61,109 nt of DNA from a virus (taxonomy: Duplodnaviria; Caudoviricetes). The stretch lies in IMG/VR virus record IMGVR_UViG_3300009593_000019, positions 1-61,109 of that record, one strand, 5' to 3'. Position 1 is the stretch's first letter; each line of letters opens with the position of its first letter. Positions 1-10,153 of this stretch are shown one piece after another. Below the pieces are notes generated by a model. The model was not told the origin of the DNA, searched no databases, and saw only the letters and a list, made by a program, of their open reading frames with translations. A program made the translations under genes and the position numbers.

Positions 1-2
1 CT

Positions 3-1226
3 GCTTACGGTAATGATTTCAGAGGAGACCCTGCTCAAGTTCCTTTAGCAGTTATTGACTTTCCACAAACTCACGGTTCTCCTGCTTCGTTCTGGGACGG
101 AACACCTACGGTATCAATTGTTGATGATGTTGCAGGTGGTATAGGTTCAGGTGCAGAAGTTTCGGTAACAATGGCAGAAGTAGGTGACCCTTATGGTAGT
201 TATAGTAGTCGTGTTATACATAATGAATTATTTGGTGGTATAGGTAAACCATTACGACAATATACATTATCAAAATTAGGTAAAAATTATTATAATCCTG
301 TAATGAGAATATCAGGTACGGCTATACACCAGTATAATGGTTCATTAGAACAATTAGCACAAGCTGGTATTACAACAGGATTTACACATAACTCTAGCAC
401 ATATTATAAAGTTGAAAACACATATGATTTAAATTGCAGTAAGAGACAATTAACGGTTGTTGGTGTAAGTGGTGTTGAGCAAATTTGGGGTACAGACCAT
501 TCTACTTGGGGACAATATGATGGCACACCAAATGATTATAGATTTGGTCGTTGTACAGCAAGTTTTCCTGGTGAACAAGATAAATCAAATTTTGATACAA
601 CGGCAGTTGATAATTCTGTATTCTTAAATGGTATTACAAATACTGCTATTATGAAAGGTCACGGACAACAATTTTATTATACATTAATTTATGGACCTGG
701 AGGTACACCACAAAATTTTACAGAACCAGGTTTATCTTGGGCTGCTAGTCAAGGTTTAATTACTCAACAAGAATTAGATATAATAAAAGGATATATTGGT
801 ACACATTTTTATGTTGCAGATTTATTAACAGGTGTAGGTATTAATCCTACATCATCAGCATTACAGGATTATTCTAACATAGGAAACTTTATGTATCAAA
901 TGGCACAAGGTATAAAGAATACGGTAAACAATGCAGGTAATGGAGATGTACAATGGACTGCTACACATCCTGACGCAATTTCAAATAATTCTTTTGTAGG
1001 ATATTTACAATATTATTCTTTGACATTTAAAGATTTGATGGTAAATTTAGGAAATGAATATCGTAGTTTTAGTAGACAAAAGAAAGGTGTTGATATTCCT
1101 ACATCTAGTTATTCAAGTGTAATATATCCTATACTTAAAAAAGCAGGTGTATCTACAATTGCAACTACTGACGGAAGTACAACAAGAAACTGGTCATTAA
1201 CTTCTAGTAATATCAGTTATCAATAA
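3..1226 (+). CDS. Putative virion structural protein, 5'-truncated by the window edge
   Basis: The frame of ORF 171..1226 is open back to position 3 (AYGNDFRGDPAQVPLAV...). G/T/S/N-rich, and followed by late structural genes. Confidence 0.55.
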   Translation, partial: AYGNDFRGDPAQVPLAVIDFPQTHGSPASFWDGTPTVSIVDDVAGGIGSGAEVSVTMAEVGDPYGSYSSRVIHNELFGGIGKPLRQYTLSKLGKNYYNPVMRISGTAIHQYNGSLEQLAQAGITTGFTHNSSTYYKVENTYDLNCSKRQLTVVGVSGVEQIWGTDHSTWGQYDGTPNDYRFGRCTASFPGEQDKSNFDTTAVDNSVFLNGITNTAIMKGHGQQFYYTLIYGPGGTPQNFTEPGLSWAASQGLITQQELDIIKGYIGTHFYVADLLTGVGINPTSSALQDYSNIGNFMYQMAQGIKNTVNNAGNGDVQWTATHPDAISNNSFVGYLQYYSLTFKDLMVNLGNEYRSFSRQKKGVDIPTSSYSSVIYPILKKAGVSTIATTDGSTTRNWSLTSSNISYQ

Positions 1227-1242
1227 TAGAATAGTCAAATTG

Positions 1243-1250
1243 TATAAATA
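1243..1250 (+). promoter_or_regulatory. T4-type late promoter TATAAATA
   Basis: Exact gp55 consensus in intergenic space ahead of ORF 1300. Confidence 0.8.
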
Positions 1251-1299
1251 TAAAAGATTAATCAAGTTAATTAACTTAATTTAAAAGAGGAGTACAAAT

Positions 1300-1794
1300 A
1301 TGAGTATGTGGGGAAATAAAGACTCTAAAACAGCTTCAGGAACGGTTGCTATTGCCGCTAACGGTACGGTTACTGGTTCATCAACTGCTTTAACAACACA
1401 AGCAGCTGTCGGAGATTATATTAGAGTAGCAAGCGAAGATTACCTTATTACTGCTATTGCAAGTGATACCTCAGCGACGGTTGTTGCTGGTGTACCTGGT
1501 GCAACATTAACAGCAGTAGGTAGTGCTACAGCTTACACACTTTCTGAAAAACCTAAATCGGTATCTACTTCTGAATCTAAAAACAGCTCTGGTACTCAAG
1601 GAGATCCAACAAAAGTTTTTGGTGTTGACACAACTGAACAAGGTGTTGGTACTACAAAAACAGCACACGCTGGTTGGGTAAGAAGAGTTGCTGGTTCTGG
1701 TGGTAGAAGTGGAAGAGTGCAAACAGAAGTATTAGTTGCTATGTCATCTATTTCAGGCGACCAAGCTGACGATACAGAATTTGCTGATAGTTAA
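1300..1794 (+). CDS. Virion structural protein of T4-like phages (MSxWG...AHAGWV family)
   Basis: AGAGGAG RBS, late promoter, T/A/G/S-rich sequence with AHAGWV and EVLVAM motifs. Confidence 0.65.
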   Translation: MSMWGNKDSKTASGTVAIAANGTVTGSSTALTTQAAVGDYIRVASEDYLITAIASDTSATVVAGVPGATLTAVGSATAYTLSEKPKSVSTSESKNSSGTQGDPTKVFGVDTTEQGVGTTKTAHAGWVRRVAGSGGRSGRVQTEVLVAMSSISGDQADDTEFADS

Positions 1795-1823
1795 TCAGAA
1801 TAATAACTAAAATCAAAGAAACT

Positions 1824-1850
1824 AGGGGATCCTTCGTGGTCCCCTTTTTT
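1824..1850 (+). terminator. Rho-independent terminator
   Basis: GGGGATC/GGTCCCC stem with CTTCGT loop followed by a T run. Confidence 0.85.
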
Positions 1851-1855
1851 ATTTG

Positions 1856-1863
1856 TATAAATA
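1856..1863 (+). promoter_or_regulatory. T4-type late promoter TATAAATA
   Basis: Exact consensus immediately after the terminator. Confidence 0.8.
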
Positions 1864-1931
1864 GAAGTATATGGTCCATATATGATGTATGGAGTAGTTT
1901 ACCTCGTTTAGAGGAATTATAGGAGAAAAAA

Positions 1932-2381
1932 ATGGCAGACAAAAAAATAACAGCCCTAGATGACCTAGGCTCGTCATTAGCAGAAGTAGATTTATTTCAC
2001 ATTGTTGATGACCCCTCAAATACACCAATCAATAAAAGAGTAACCGCAAAGAATGTATTTAATAACATTCCTACTTTTATTGGATTGAAACAAACTAGTG
2101 AAGCATTAACTTCAGCTAGTACATCAATTGATACAACAAGCGCAATTTCAGAAGTAGACCAAAGTGGTGGTGCAACAGCATTATCATTAGCAGATGGTTC
2201 TGACGGAATGATTAAAACTATTATCGCTATCGGTACTGGTGGTAATGCGATTACTATTACACCTACAAATTTAAGAGGTGGTACGACTATCACTTTAAAT
2301 GGTGAAGGCGAAACGGTAACTTGTTTATTCAAAAATTCTAAATGGAATGTAATCGGACACAATGGTGCTCAGATAGCATAA
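1932..2381 (+). CDS. Putative virion structural protein (MADKKITAL N-terminus)
   Basis: AGGAG RBS, late promoter, beta-rich fibre/decoration-like sequence. Confidence 0.6.
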   Translation: MADKKITALDDLGSSLAEVDLFHIVDDPSNTPINKRVTAKNVFNNIPTFIGLKQTSEALTSASTSIDTTSAISEVDQSGGATALSLADGSDGMIKTIIAIGTGGNAITITPTNLRGGTTITLNGEGETVTCLFKNSKWNVIGHNGAQIA

Positions 2382-2399
2382 TAATTGAGGAGATAAATT

Positions 2400-2630
2400 A
2401 TGGCAATATCAATTGGAGTAGTAGAGAAAGAATATAATCAACTATTCAAAGAAAGAGAAACTTTAAGTGAAAGTGTTAATAAACTTGAACAAGAATTAGC
2501 GAGTAAGAAGTCGCAATTAAATGCCATTCACGGTGGCGTTCAAGCTTTAGAGAAACTTTTAAGAAAAGCAGAAAGTGATTTGACATTACGAGACGCAGAA
2601 AAAGAACTTAAAGGAAAAGAAAATGGTTAA
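2400..2630 (+). CDS. Hypothetical coiled-coil protein
   Basis: GAGGAG RBS; heptad-like L/E/K pattern. Confidence 0.7.
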   Translation: MAISIGVVEKEYNQLFKERETLSESVNKLEQELASKKSQLNAIHGGVQALEKLLRKAESDLTLRDAEKELKGKENG

Positions 2631-3168
2631 ATCTTTTAAAAATTTTAATGATGATAATGACTTATCAGAATTTGAAGAAGATTTATTGAATGATAAAAAT
2701 TTAAGTAAAGAAGAGGAAAAAATGAAAACTTTTAAAGAACACATAAAAGAAGGCAAAAGTCAAGCGAAGTACGGTGCAGGAGAAGTAGGAACATCTACAT
2801 CTAATGCTGCTGAAGACAGCAATATCGGTACAGCGAATTTGAAAGACCCTAATGTACTTAAAAGAGTTAACGCATTTGTTGGTTCGGTTGCAGATATGGA
2901 ATATATCAAACCTCAACAAGCTGTTGACGCATTAAGAGAAAAATTAATGAGAATTGGTTTAGACATTTCACCTATGAAATTAGAAGGTGACGCAGGTACG
3001 GTATCTGGTGTTGTAAAACAATTCGGTGGTACATACGGTAAAACAACTGAAACGAAACCTGAAGATGTTGTAGTAGATAATGGTCCTGGTATTGATAACT
3101 TGAAACTTGAAGTTAAGTACGAAACATTGTCTAACGGTTCATCAAAGGTTTACGCTAAATTAGTGTAA
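2623..3168 (+). CDS. Hypothetical protein (MKTFKEH-like motifs typical of T4-like head-associated proteins)
   Basis: Overlapping start, AAGGA RBS. Confidence 0.65.
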   Translation: MVKSFKNFNDDNDLSEFEEDLLNDKNLSKEEEKMKTFKEHIKEGKSQAKYGAGEVGTSTSNAAEDSNIGTANLKDPNVLKRVNAFVGSVADMEYIKPQQAVDALREKLMRIGLDISPMKLEGDAGTVSGVVKQFGGTYGKTTETKPEDVVVDNGPGIDNLKLEVKYETLSNGSSKVYAKLV

Positions 3169-3173
3169 ACATA

Positions 3174-3536
3174 ATGTTCAAACAGATAACCGACAAGAAT
3201 TGGTTATTGTATGCACAAAAGCATTACGATAATCCAACATTTGAAACTGAAAAAGAATTTTGGGATGATATAAAGAGATTTAAATATCTCAAAAGATTGT
3301 TTCGGAAATATGAAACTACGAGCTCATTAAAGATTAGACTTGTGGTAAATCATATTATCGTATTACAAAATGTTTTCGGTACGGATGCGTGTATTACTTT
3401 GTTGTTGTATAAAAACGACACGAAGTATTGGCCTATCTTAAAATCTGTTTTTATATACTTAAACTATTTGTATCCGTCGGAACTAAATGAACTGACAGAA
3501 GACGAATATGTTAAACAGGAGTTAGATAAACTATAA
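3174..3536 (+). CDS. Conserved hypothetical protein of marine T4-like phages
   Basis: HYDNP...DIKRFKYLKRLF...NHIIVLxNVFG motif recognised from cyanomyophage-like core genes. Confidence 0.7.
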   Translation: MFKQITDKNWLLYAQKHYDNPTFETEKEFWDDIKRFKYLKRLFRKYETTSSLKIRLVVNHIIVLQNVFGTDACITLLLYKNDTKYWPILKSVFIYLNYLYPSELNELTEDEYVKQELDKL

Positions 3537-4138
3537 TGGCAAGTAGAGCAGTAGACTTATTAATAGCATATAGAGTAATTAAATTATTGGTTACTCCGTT
3601 TAAGAACCAAGAAGCGTTTAAAACAGGTATTATAGACGCAAATGGTAAAGTACTTAAACCATACAGACTATTAAAAACAGGTGCAGAAAAATCATCTTAC
3701 ACAATGCTACATAGATTTGTATTCAACTTAAAAAGAATACTAGGTAAAGTAGGATTAGGTAGTAAGATAGGTTCGTTTGCTGTTGCGTTAGGTTTATTAC
3801 TAAAAGAAGATAAAGAGTTTGCAGAAGACCAAGGTAAGAACATAGAAAGTACACTTGTAAAAATATTGAAAGAGAAGAATGAATTAAATTATCCTCTTTC
3901 ACTAAACGAGAATTACTTTGATGGTTCTACTTTGAAGACTGGTAGTTATCAATTAAAAGAAGAACTATATGACGGCAACGATTTTATACCTTCTGGTAGT
4001 GATGTATTCACTATGGACGACATACAACCAGAGTTTACAGCTCTAGGATTAGATATATATAAAATGAAGTATGGCGGAAGAGGTAACGGAATTGAAGACA
4101 TATTAGTTCCAGGAGATTATTTAAATGAAAGAATTTAA
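3536..4138 (+). CDS. Conserved hypothetical protein of T4-like phages
   Basis: YRxIKLLVTPF...GIIDxNG...HRFVFNLKRI motif; TAATG coupling to the previous gene. Confidence 0.7.
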   Translation: MASRAVDLLIAYRVIKLLVTPFKNQEAFKTGIIDANGKVLKPYRLLKTGAEKSSYTMLHRFVFNLKRILGKVGLGSKIGSFAVALGLLLKEDKEFAEDQGKNIESTLVKILKEKNELNYPLSLNENYFDGSTLKTGSYQLKEELYDGNDFIPSGSDVFTMDDIQPEFTALGLDIYKMKYGGRGNGIEDILVPGDYLNERI

Positions 4139-4850
4139 AGATATGTGGAAAGAGGCTTGTTGGAAAGGATACAAACAAGTCGGCACTAAAAAGAAAGGTG
4201 ACAAAGTTGTACCTAATTGTGTGCCTGAAGAGTATGATGTTTTATCGTTAGACGAGAAAGCAAAAGAGTTTCACTTATTCACTAACAAAAGAGACGCAGA
4301 AAAGAAAGCAAAAGAAATCGGTGGCAAAGTTGTAACCGGTACTGGTAAATCTACTGGTTATTTTGCAGCTATGAAAGAAGACGCTCCTGCTAATGCAGTT
4401 GCTCACGGCGGTGTTTCTATGCCACCTGACGCAGTACAAGATAAGAAAAGAAAAAAAGAAATTCTAACTAGAATATCTACAAAGATAAAAGAGAATACAG
4501 ACAACAACAATGCTGTATTATCAAGTGTACTAGACAACCTAGACAAGTTAGATGTAATTGTAGATGAGTTAACATATGGTAAGAGTGAACCAGAGTTTGT
4601 TGTAGACACTCCTAAAAAATCAATTTTAGAAAAAGCAAAACTGAAAGATAGTGCCTTCGGTTCTATCGGTTCAGGTTCTATGGGTTCAATGCACCCTATA
4701 GCAAGTTTAGGTGATACCACTCCTAATAGTGCAAGACACGGAAGTAGGAAGATAGGTATTATATCACAAAAGGATCCTAGACAAGGCATTGACCAGAACA
4801 AAAAGACACACAACCTAAAGGTTGTTAAACGAGAGGACAAAGATGTTTAA
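4125..4850 (+). CDS. Hypothetical protein with CWKGY...VPNCVPEE and EDAPAN modules
   Basis: AGGAG RBS; modules seen in large myovirus head-associated proteins. Confidence 0.6.
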   Translation: MKEFKDMWKEACWKGYKQVGTKKKGDKVVPNCVPEEYDVLSLDEKAKEFHLFTNKRDAEKKAKEIGGKVVTGTGKSTGYFAAMKEDAPANAVAHGGVSMPPDAVQDKKRKKEILTRISTKIKENTDNNNAVLSSVLDNLDKLDVIVDELTYGKSEPEFVVDTPKKSILEKAKLKDSAFGSIGSGSMGSMHPIASLGDTTPNSARHGSRKIGIISQKDPRQGIDQNKKTHNLKVVKREDKDV

Positions 4851-5340
4851 TGGATTATTAGACGCTATATTCTTACCACCAAGAAACTGGGTATTGAATA
4901 AAGCATTAAAGTTTAAATCAAAAGATTTAAATAACGAAGAGGTAAGTAAACTTCAACATTGTGGAGTTAAAGTTTCAGATAACGGATTAAATGTAGCAGA
5001 AATTACGGTACCAGCAGGTTATATTACTGACCTTGCAAGTGTGCCGAGAGTATGTTGGGCATTTATCGCTCCGTTTGATGTAGCAAGAGCTGCTGTAATA
5101 CACGATATATTATACGAAAAAATTAATGGTGCTTTTAAAGAAGGCAAGATTACTTCAAAGAAAGACCGAGAGATATATAGAAGTATAGCAGACAATATAT
5201 TCAGACAAGGTATGGAAAATTCAGAACCTTCAGTTCCTAAGTGGAAGATAAAGTCTGCCTATTATGCTGTACGACTATTTGGCCGATGGGCTATCAATGG
5301 AAGTGCGCCTAGAGGTGCAAAACCAAAGGCGAAAGTATAA
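4843..5340 (+). CDS. DUF1353-family protein
   Basis: ITVPAGYITDLASVPR...AAVIHDILY signature; start moved to ATG 4843 after the GAGGA RBS. Confidence 0.8.
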   Translation: MFNGLLDAIFLPPRNWVLNKALKFKSKDLNNEEVSKLQHCGVKVSDNGLNVAEITVPAGYITDLASVPRVCWAFIAPFDVARAAVIHDILYEKINGAFKEGKITSKKDREIYRSIADNIFRQGMENSEPSVPKWKIKSAYYAVRLFGRWAINGSAPRGAKPKAKV

Positions 5341-5341
5341 T

Positions 5342-5611
5342 ATGTATTTCTTTTTAATCAAATCCATAATGGGTGCAATCATCGGCCAATCTACTAATGC
5401 CTGGTTTAGAAAAACTAAAATGGGTGTATGGTTTTATAAGAAGATTGACAGATGTTATAGTTGGGCAGCGAAGAGGTACGATTTAGATGTACTTACACAA
5501 GAAGAGAAACTAATCAAAAAGTTTCCTGTCTTAACAAAGAGAATAAATAAATTAGAAGATGAACTAGCAAAAGTGAAAGTAGAACAAGTAAAATTAAGGA
5601 GTAAAAAATAA
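5342..5611 (+). CDS. Hypothetical protein
   Basis: Start at ATG 5342 directly after the DUF1353 stop; coiled-coil C-terminus. Confidence 0.65.
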   Translation: MYFFLIKSIMGAIIGQSTNAWFRKTKMGVWFYKKIDRCYSWAAKRYDLDVLTQEEKLIKKFPVLTKRINKLEDELAKVKVEQVKLRSKK

Positions 5612-5718
5612 TGTTTTTAACAATAGGACTTATTCTTGGTTTTGTATTAGGTTGGTATGTAAACGAAAAGTTTGAAGACCTACAAGACCTAGTTAAAAAA
5701 TTAAAATTCTGGAGATAA
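5611..5718 (+). CDS. Small single-TM protein (35 aa, MFLTIGLILGFVLGWY...)
   Basis: AAGGAG RBS, TAATG coupling; below the ORF-track cutoff. Confidence 0.65.
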   Translation: MFLTIGLILGFVLGWYVNEKFEDLQDLVKKLKFWR

Positions 5719-5722
5719 TAAT

Positions 5723-6196
5723 ATGATATTCGGTGGTGCAAAAATGATAATGGCTGGTATATTGATAGCAGGACTTGCCGGTGGTGCAGCTTATGTTTAT
5801 AAGTTGAAAGCAGACAATGAGATATTGAAAGCGAACCAGATTAAACTAGAAGAATCTATCAATGAACAGAAGGCTGTTATACAACAACAGAAAGAAGACT
5901 TTGGTAAGATATTAGAGGCAAATAAACAAATGAATGTTCTAGTGAATGCCTTAAAGAAAGACCTTAACGACCTTGATAAAAGGTTTAACAAAAAGAAACG
6001 AGACATTGGTAAACTGGCAATAGACAGAACCAAAGCAATTGAAAGAATAGTAAACAAAGGTAGTGCAAATGCTACCAGATGTATTGAGATTGCAATGGGT
6101 AGTCCATTGACAGACGAAGAGATTAAAGCAACTAAAAAGAGTGAAATTAATCCTGAATGTCCATCAATAGCGAATCCAAATTATGTACAATATTAA
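5723..6196 (+). CDS. Putative inner-membrane spanin (Rz-like)
   Basis: N-terminal TM followed by a long coiled coil and C-terminal Cys residues; overlaps a lipoprotein gene. Confidence 0.65.
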   Translation: MIFGGAKMIMAGILIAGLAGGAAYVYKLKADNEILKANQIKLEESINEQKAVIQQQKEDFGKILEANKQMNVLVNALKKDLNDLDKRFNKKKRDIGKLAIDRTKAIERIVNKGSANATRCIEIAMGSPLTDEEIKATKKSEINPECPSIANPNYVQY

Positions 6197-6548
6197 AAAT
6201 ATATTTTTAGTTTTAATACTTGCAATCGCAGTTAGTGGTTGTTCTTCTGTTAAGAAGTTAGACATCTTTAAAACAGAAGTCAAAAGAGAGAGACTAAATT
6301 TAGAGAAACCAACACCACCTCAATTAGAAGAGATTAAGTGGATTATTATTACTTCTGAAAATGCAGAAGAAGTATTTAAGAAGTTAGAAGAAGCAGGTAT
6401 AGACCCTGTGTTGTTTGGTTTAACAGACGCTGACTATCAACTCATTGCAAAGAACTTTGCTCAAATCAGAAACCATATGATGAAAACAAATGCTTTGTTA
6501 GATGAGTATAAAAAATATTACGAACCTGAAGAGAAAAAAGATAAATAG
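6183..6548 (+). CDS. Putative outer-membrane spanin lipoprotein (Rz1-like)
   Basis: Lipobox AVSGC, Pro-rich linker, overlap with the i-spanin candidate. Confidence 0.65.
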   Translation: MYNIKNIFLVLILAIAVSGCSSVKKLDIFKTEVKRERLNLEKPTPPQLEEIKWIIITSENAEEVFKKLEEAGIDPVLFGLTDADYQLIAKNFAQIRNHMMKTNALLDEYKKYYEPEEKKDK

Positions 6549-6608
6549 TAGTATCTGAATTGAATTGTACTTTATGACTATAAAACTTTAGCATAAGGTA
6601 TAAGGACA

Positions 6609-7088
6609 TTGATAGACCCTATTTCTGCCATAGCAATGGCAACATCAGCATACAAAGCAGTAACCAGAGCAGTACAATTAGGTTCAGAAGCTGAACACAC
6701 TTTCAAACAAATGGGTAAGTGGTACACAGCAGTATCAGACTTACGCAAAGCACAAGAACACAATAAGAAACCTCCTATATTCAAAAAGTTATTTCAAGCA
6801 GGTTCTGTAGAAGAAGAATCTCTACAATTACTATTACACGAAAAGAAAATAATGGAACAAGAGAAAGAGTTAAGAACTCTTTTAAACTTCAGGTATGGTC
6901 CTAATACCTGGAAAGAACTCACGGATATGCGTAGAAAGATAAGAGCCCAAAGAGAAAAGGAAATCTATGCACAAAAGGAGTTGCAACGCAACATATTAGA
7001 TGGTATCGCCATCACTTTACTAATACTTGTAGTCGCAGCCACAATAGGTGGTCTGATATGGTTAGCAATTAGTCAAGGAAAGTTGTAG
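6609..7088 (+). CDS. Hypothetical protein with C-terminal TM (MIDPISAIAMAT family)
   Basis: AAGGA RBS, TTG start, C-terminal hydrophobic helix. Confidence 0.65.
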   Translation: MIDPISAIAMATSAYKAVTRAVQLGSEAEHTFKQMGKWYTAVSDLRKAQEHNKKPPIFKKLFQAGSVEEESLQLLLHEKKIMEQEKELRTLLNFRYGPNTWKELTDMRRKIRAQREKEIYAQKELQRNILDGIAITLLILVVAATIGGLIWLAISQGKL

Positions 7089-7096
7089 TCAAAACA

Positions 7097-7122
7097 TTGA
7101 CACCAGGGTGTGTCAAATTTTT
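7097..7122 (+). terminator. Probable terminator hairpin
   Basis: TTGACAC/GTGTCAA inverted repeat followed by ATTTTT. Confidence 0.5.
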
Positions 7123-7195
7123 CCCAAAAAAACAAATGGTTAGAGTGCCGAGCTCCGATAAATAGAAGTATAGAACAAACACTAGGAACCTAACT

Positions 7196-7978
7196 ATGGA
7201 TAGATTATTTAATCTTCTTATAGTATGTTTCGTTATGCTAGGACTCACTATAAGTCCTGCTTGGGCTGACACCACAAACTCTGGAGCGACTACCAATTCT
7301 CAAACTAATACTTCGGGAAGCAATACCACTATATCTGGTGGGTATTCGCAAGAATCAACAACTACTTACCAATCTGGTTCAAGTAGTAATACCACAAGTA
7401 CGACTAACGCAACCACAAACAATAACTCAAACATAAGAGACCAACAGAATACTGCTTCAGCGCCCTCTATGAGTGCTATGTCGCAAGATGTTTGCGTTAT
7501 GGGTATGTCTGGTGGTTTACAATACCCAGGTATCGGACTATCACTTGGTGCTCACATAAGAGACGAGAATTGTGAAAGAATAAAATTAAGTAAAGTACTA
7601 AACGATTTAGGTATGAAGGTTGCTGCTGTTTCAATTCTATGTCAGGATCCAAGAGTTTTCTTTGCAATGGAACAATCTGGTACACCTTGTCCGTTTGAAG
7701 GTAAGATTGGTGCAGACGCAAAAGCACAATGGAACAAATACGACAAATTGAGACCTGATTATGAAATGTATGTTGACAAACTCAAAGTCATAGAAAACAA
7801 AGAAAAAGAATTAAAAAAGACTAGTGAAAAAGATAAGTCATTGACTTACAAACTAACTGAACAAACTGCTATCGCTAACGAGATAAGAAAAGAAAATAAG
7901 AAGTTAGACGATTACGCAACTAAATTAGAAAAGAAAATTGAAAAACTTGAAAAGAAAAAGTCAAAGGATAAGAACTAA
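7196..7978 (+). CDS. Secreted hypothetical protein (S/T/N-rich linker plus Cys-containing domain)
   Basis: Signal peptide ending AWA; domain QDVC...DENCERIKL...CQDPRVF...TPCPFEG. Confidence 0.7.
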   Translation: MDRLFNLLIVCFVMLGLTISPAWADTTNSGATTNSQTNTSGSNTTISGGYSQESTTTYQSGSSSNTTSTTNATTNNNSNIRDQQNTASAPSMSAMSQDVCVMGMSGGLQYPGIGLSLGAHIRDENCERIKLSKVLNDLGMKVAAVSILCQDPRVFFAMEQSGTPCPFEGKIGADAKAQWNKYDKLRPDYEMYVDKLKVIENKEKELKKTSEKDKSLTYKLTEQTAIANEIRKENKKLDDYATKLEKKIEKLEKKKSKDKN

Positions 7979-8082
7979 TGGAATGGTTAATTTTATACAT
8001 AGGAGCAATAGTATATGTCTGGTTTAAAGTGGACAAGTTTGCTGATAGCGTTAATCCTTACAACTTCAACAAGCGTAAGTAA
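7978..8082 (+). CDS. Small membrane peptide (34 aa, MEWLILYIGAIVYVW...) overlapping the next gene
   Basis: TAATG coupling, AAGGA RBS, one TM helix and basic tail. Confidence 0.45.
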   Translation: MEWLILYIGAIVYVWFKVDKFADSVNPYNFNKRK

Positions 8083-9802
8083 AGCAGAAACAGCAACCTC
8101 TGGTAACCTGTTACCTAACGCAGGTGCTGGCCAATCAAACTCACAAAACTCAACAGACGCATACGCACCTGATAAAGTAGGTACAGGTTCAACCGCACCT
8201 TACAATACGCAAGGTTTTACCATTGATAGTGGTATACAAGCATACCACGATGAACTAGAAGCAAAAGGTGAAGGTATCGTATCTGATACTGGTTCGCTTG
8301 TTGGTATCACAACTACAAAACAAAATGGTGGTTCACATACAACTACAACGGATAGTTTAGATGGTGGTGTAACCTTAAACGCAATAACAGAAATACAGAA
8401 TTGCGAATGGACTTCATCAAGTTATAGATGTGGACAATCTAGTTTAGGTGGTGGTGCCAGAGATACTTTTTCAACAACAATCAAAATTACAGACGCCAAC
8501 GATAATGTTTTAGGTGTAACCACATTTACTAGAAACAATGACGCTGGTTATGGTAATAACTCATTTACATATACAGATAGCATAACACATACAGACACAG
8601 GTGCTAGAAACTATGAGTGGGAGTGGAAAGGTACTGATGGAAGTAATACTACTCACAGCTCATCTATTGGTCCTAACTTATTAGGTGCAAGTTTAACTGC
8701 CACACTATTAGATATAGATTACACAGCGATTACAGAAGAGACACAAGCAGAATTAGATTTAACAAATGAATTGTTAGAAGAAGCACAAGAAGATTTAACT
8801 GAAAAGTTAAAAGATTTAGAAAATATAAATTTAACACAATTAGAAGAGATAGAAACTTTAGAATTTGTTCCTGAATTAAAAGAATTAGAAATAGAAGAAA
8901 TAAACATAAATGAATTAAAGATAGAAGAATTAGAAACTATGTTTGTACAAAACTTTAAAGAAGTTTTAGTCAAAGAAAACCTTACAGAAGAATTTGAAAC
9001 AGCACTAGTAGAAGAGAATATAACAGAAGAAGAATTTTTTGAAGAAGTTGGTAATATGATGAAAGAAGAGTTGAATATACAAGAAACACCAAAAGAAACT
9101 AAAATGGAGGAAACTAATGTTATAACTGAAAAACCTATGGAAGAAGAAACTATTACAGAAGAAAAGATAGAAACATCAACCGAGGAGACAAATGCAAATA
9201 ATCCAAATTCAAACCAGGAAGAACCTACTAACACCGAGACTATTGAAGAAAATGAGACAAGCAGTGAGGAACCAATGGAGACAAAATCATCTACAGAAGA
9301 GAAGTCAACTGAATCAGATGTGGGTGAAGATACGGAAACAGAAGGACAGACGGAGACGGAAACAAATGAAGAAGGAGTGGATGCAGACGAGACTGGCGCT
9401 ACAAAGGAGACAGATATTGATGATGGAGTTAAGAAAGATGTCGCAAGTAGCATAAGTGCCAAAGTTGAAAAAATAATTAAGAAGTTAGAGAACACTTTGA
9501 TGAGTGTTGACCAGAAGGTAAAAGCAGTACAATTTATCACACTAAAGGCAATGAGCGATAACGCTCCTGATATGTCCGCATATAAAAATCAGTCCTTTTA
9601 CTCTTCAAAACAACTACCAGATGGTAATGTAGATTTCTTTAACCAACTAAATATACAACAAGAAGCAATTTATACCGATGTAACCTTAGCGAAATATACT
9701 GACAACGACCCTCTAACTAAAACGAAAGTTGAGTTAGACAGGATTAAAACTGAGGAACAATCTTTATTAATTGAAATAGAACAATTGAGGAAACAACTAT
9801 GA
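8015..9802 (+). CDS. Secreted protein: beta-rich N-domain, Glu/Thr-rich stalk, C-terminal coiled coil
   Basis: AGGAG RBS, signal peptide, long acidic low-complexity region. Confidence 0.7.
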   Translation: MSGLKWTSLLIALILTTSTSVSKAETATSGNLLPNAGAGQSNSQNSTDAYAPDKVGTGSTAPYNTQGFTIDSGIQAYHDELEAKGEGIVSDTGSLVGITTTKQNGGSHTTTTDSLDGGVTLNAITEIQNCEWTSSSYRCGQSSLGGGARDTFSTTIKITDANDNVLGVTTFTRNNDAGYGNNSFTYTDSITHTDTGARNYEWEWKGTDGSNTTHSSSIGPNLLGASLTATLLDIDYTAITEETQAELDLTNELLEEAQEDLTEKLKDLENINLTQLEEIETLEFVPELKELEIEEININELKIEELETMFVQNFKEVLVKENLTEEFETALVEENITEEEFFEEVGNMMKEELNIQETPKETKMEETNVITEKPMEEETITEEKIETSTEETNANNPNSNQEEPTNTETIEENETSSEEPMETKSSTEEKSTESDVGEDTETEGQTETETNEEGVDADETGATKETDIDDGVKKDVASSISAKVEKIIKKLENTLMSVDQKVKAVQFITLKAMSDNAPDMSAYKNQSFYSSKQLPDGNVDFFNQLNIQQEAIYTDVTLAKYTDNDPLTKTKVELDRIKTEEQSLLIEIEQLRKQL

Positions 9803-10131
9803 TAAAACAACTAAAAGACAATTTAGCAAGTGTGGCCGCTCTTGTAGCAGCTATCGTTGCAATAGGTGGTGGTTTCGTAAAATACGGAGAACTTACTACT
9901 AAACTAGCAGCTATTGAAGAAAGAAAAGGTGTTAATATACAACCTTTACAAGATTCAATCAAAGCACTAGAAATCAAAATAACAGAATTAGAAGGTAACA
10001 TACCTGCTGATATTTCTGGAAGTGTACAGAAGAACAAAACACAAACAAAAGTAAACGAGAAAGAGATAGAAGTACTTAAACTTCAAATCCAAGAACTTAA
10101 ATTAAAAGCAAAGAACCCATTAGCGGGTTAA
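9799..10131 (+). CDS. TM plus coiled-coil hypothetical protein
   Basis: GAGG RBS, N-terminal TM. Confidence 0.7.
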   Translation: MIKQLKDNLASVAALVAAIVAIGGGFVKYGELTTKLAAIEERKGVNIQPLQDSIKALEIKITELEGNIPADISGSVQKNKTQTKVNEKEIEVLKLQIQELKLKAKNPLAG

Positions 10132-10153
10132 TTGATTTTGGGAGATAATCGCT

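Noticed and set aside
8719-9540. 273-aa minus-strand ORF and the many other antisense ORFs in the track
   Set aside because: Shadows of plus-strand genes (Ser/Phe/Val-rich mirror of Glu/Thr codons), without RBS or promoters.
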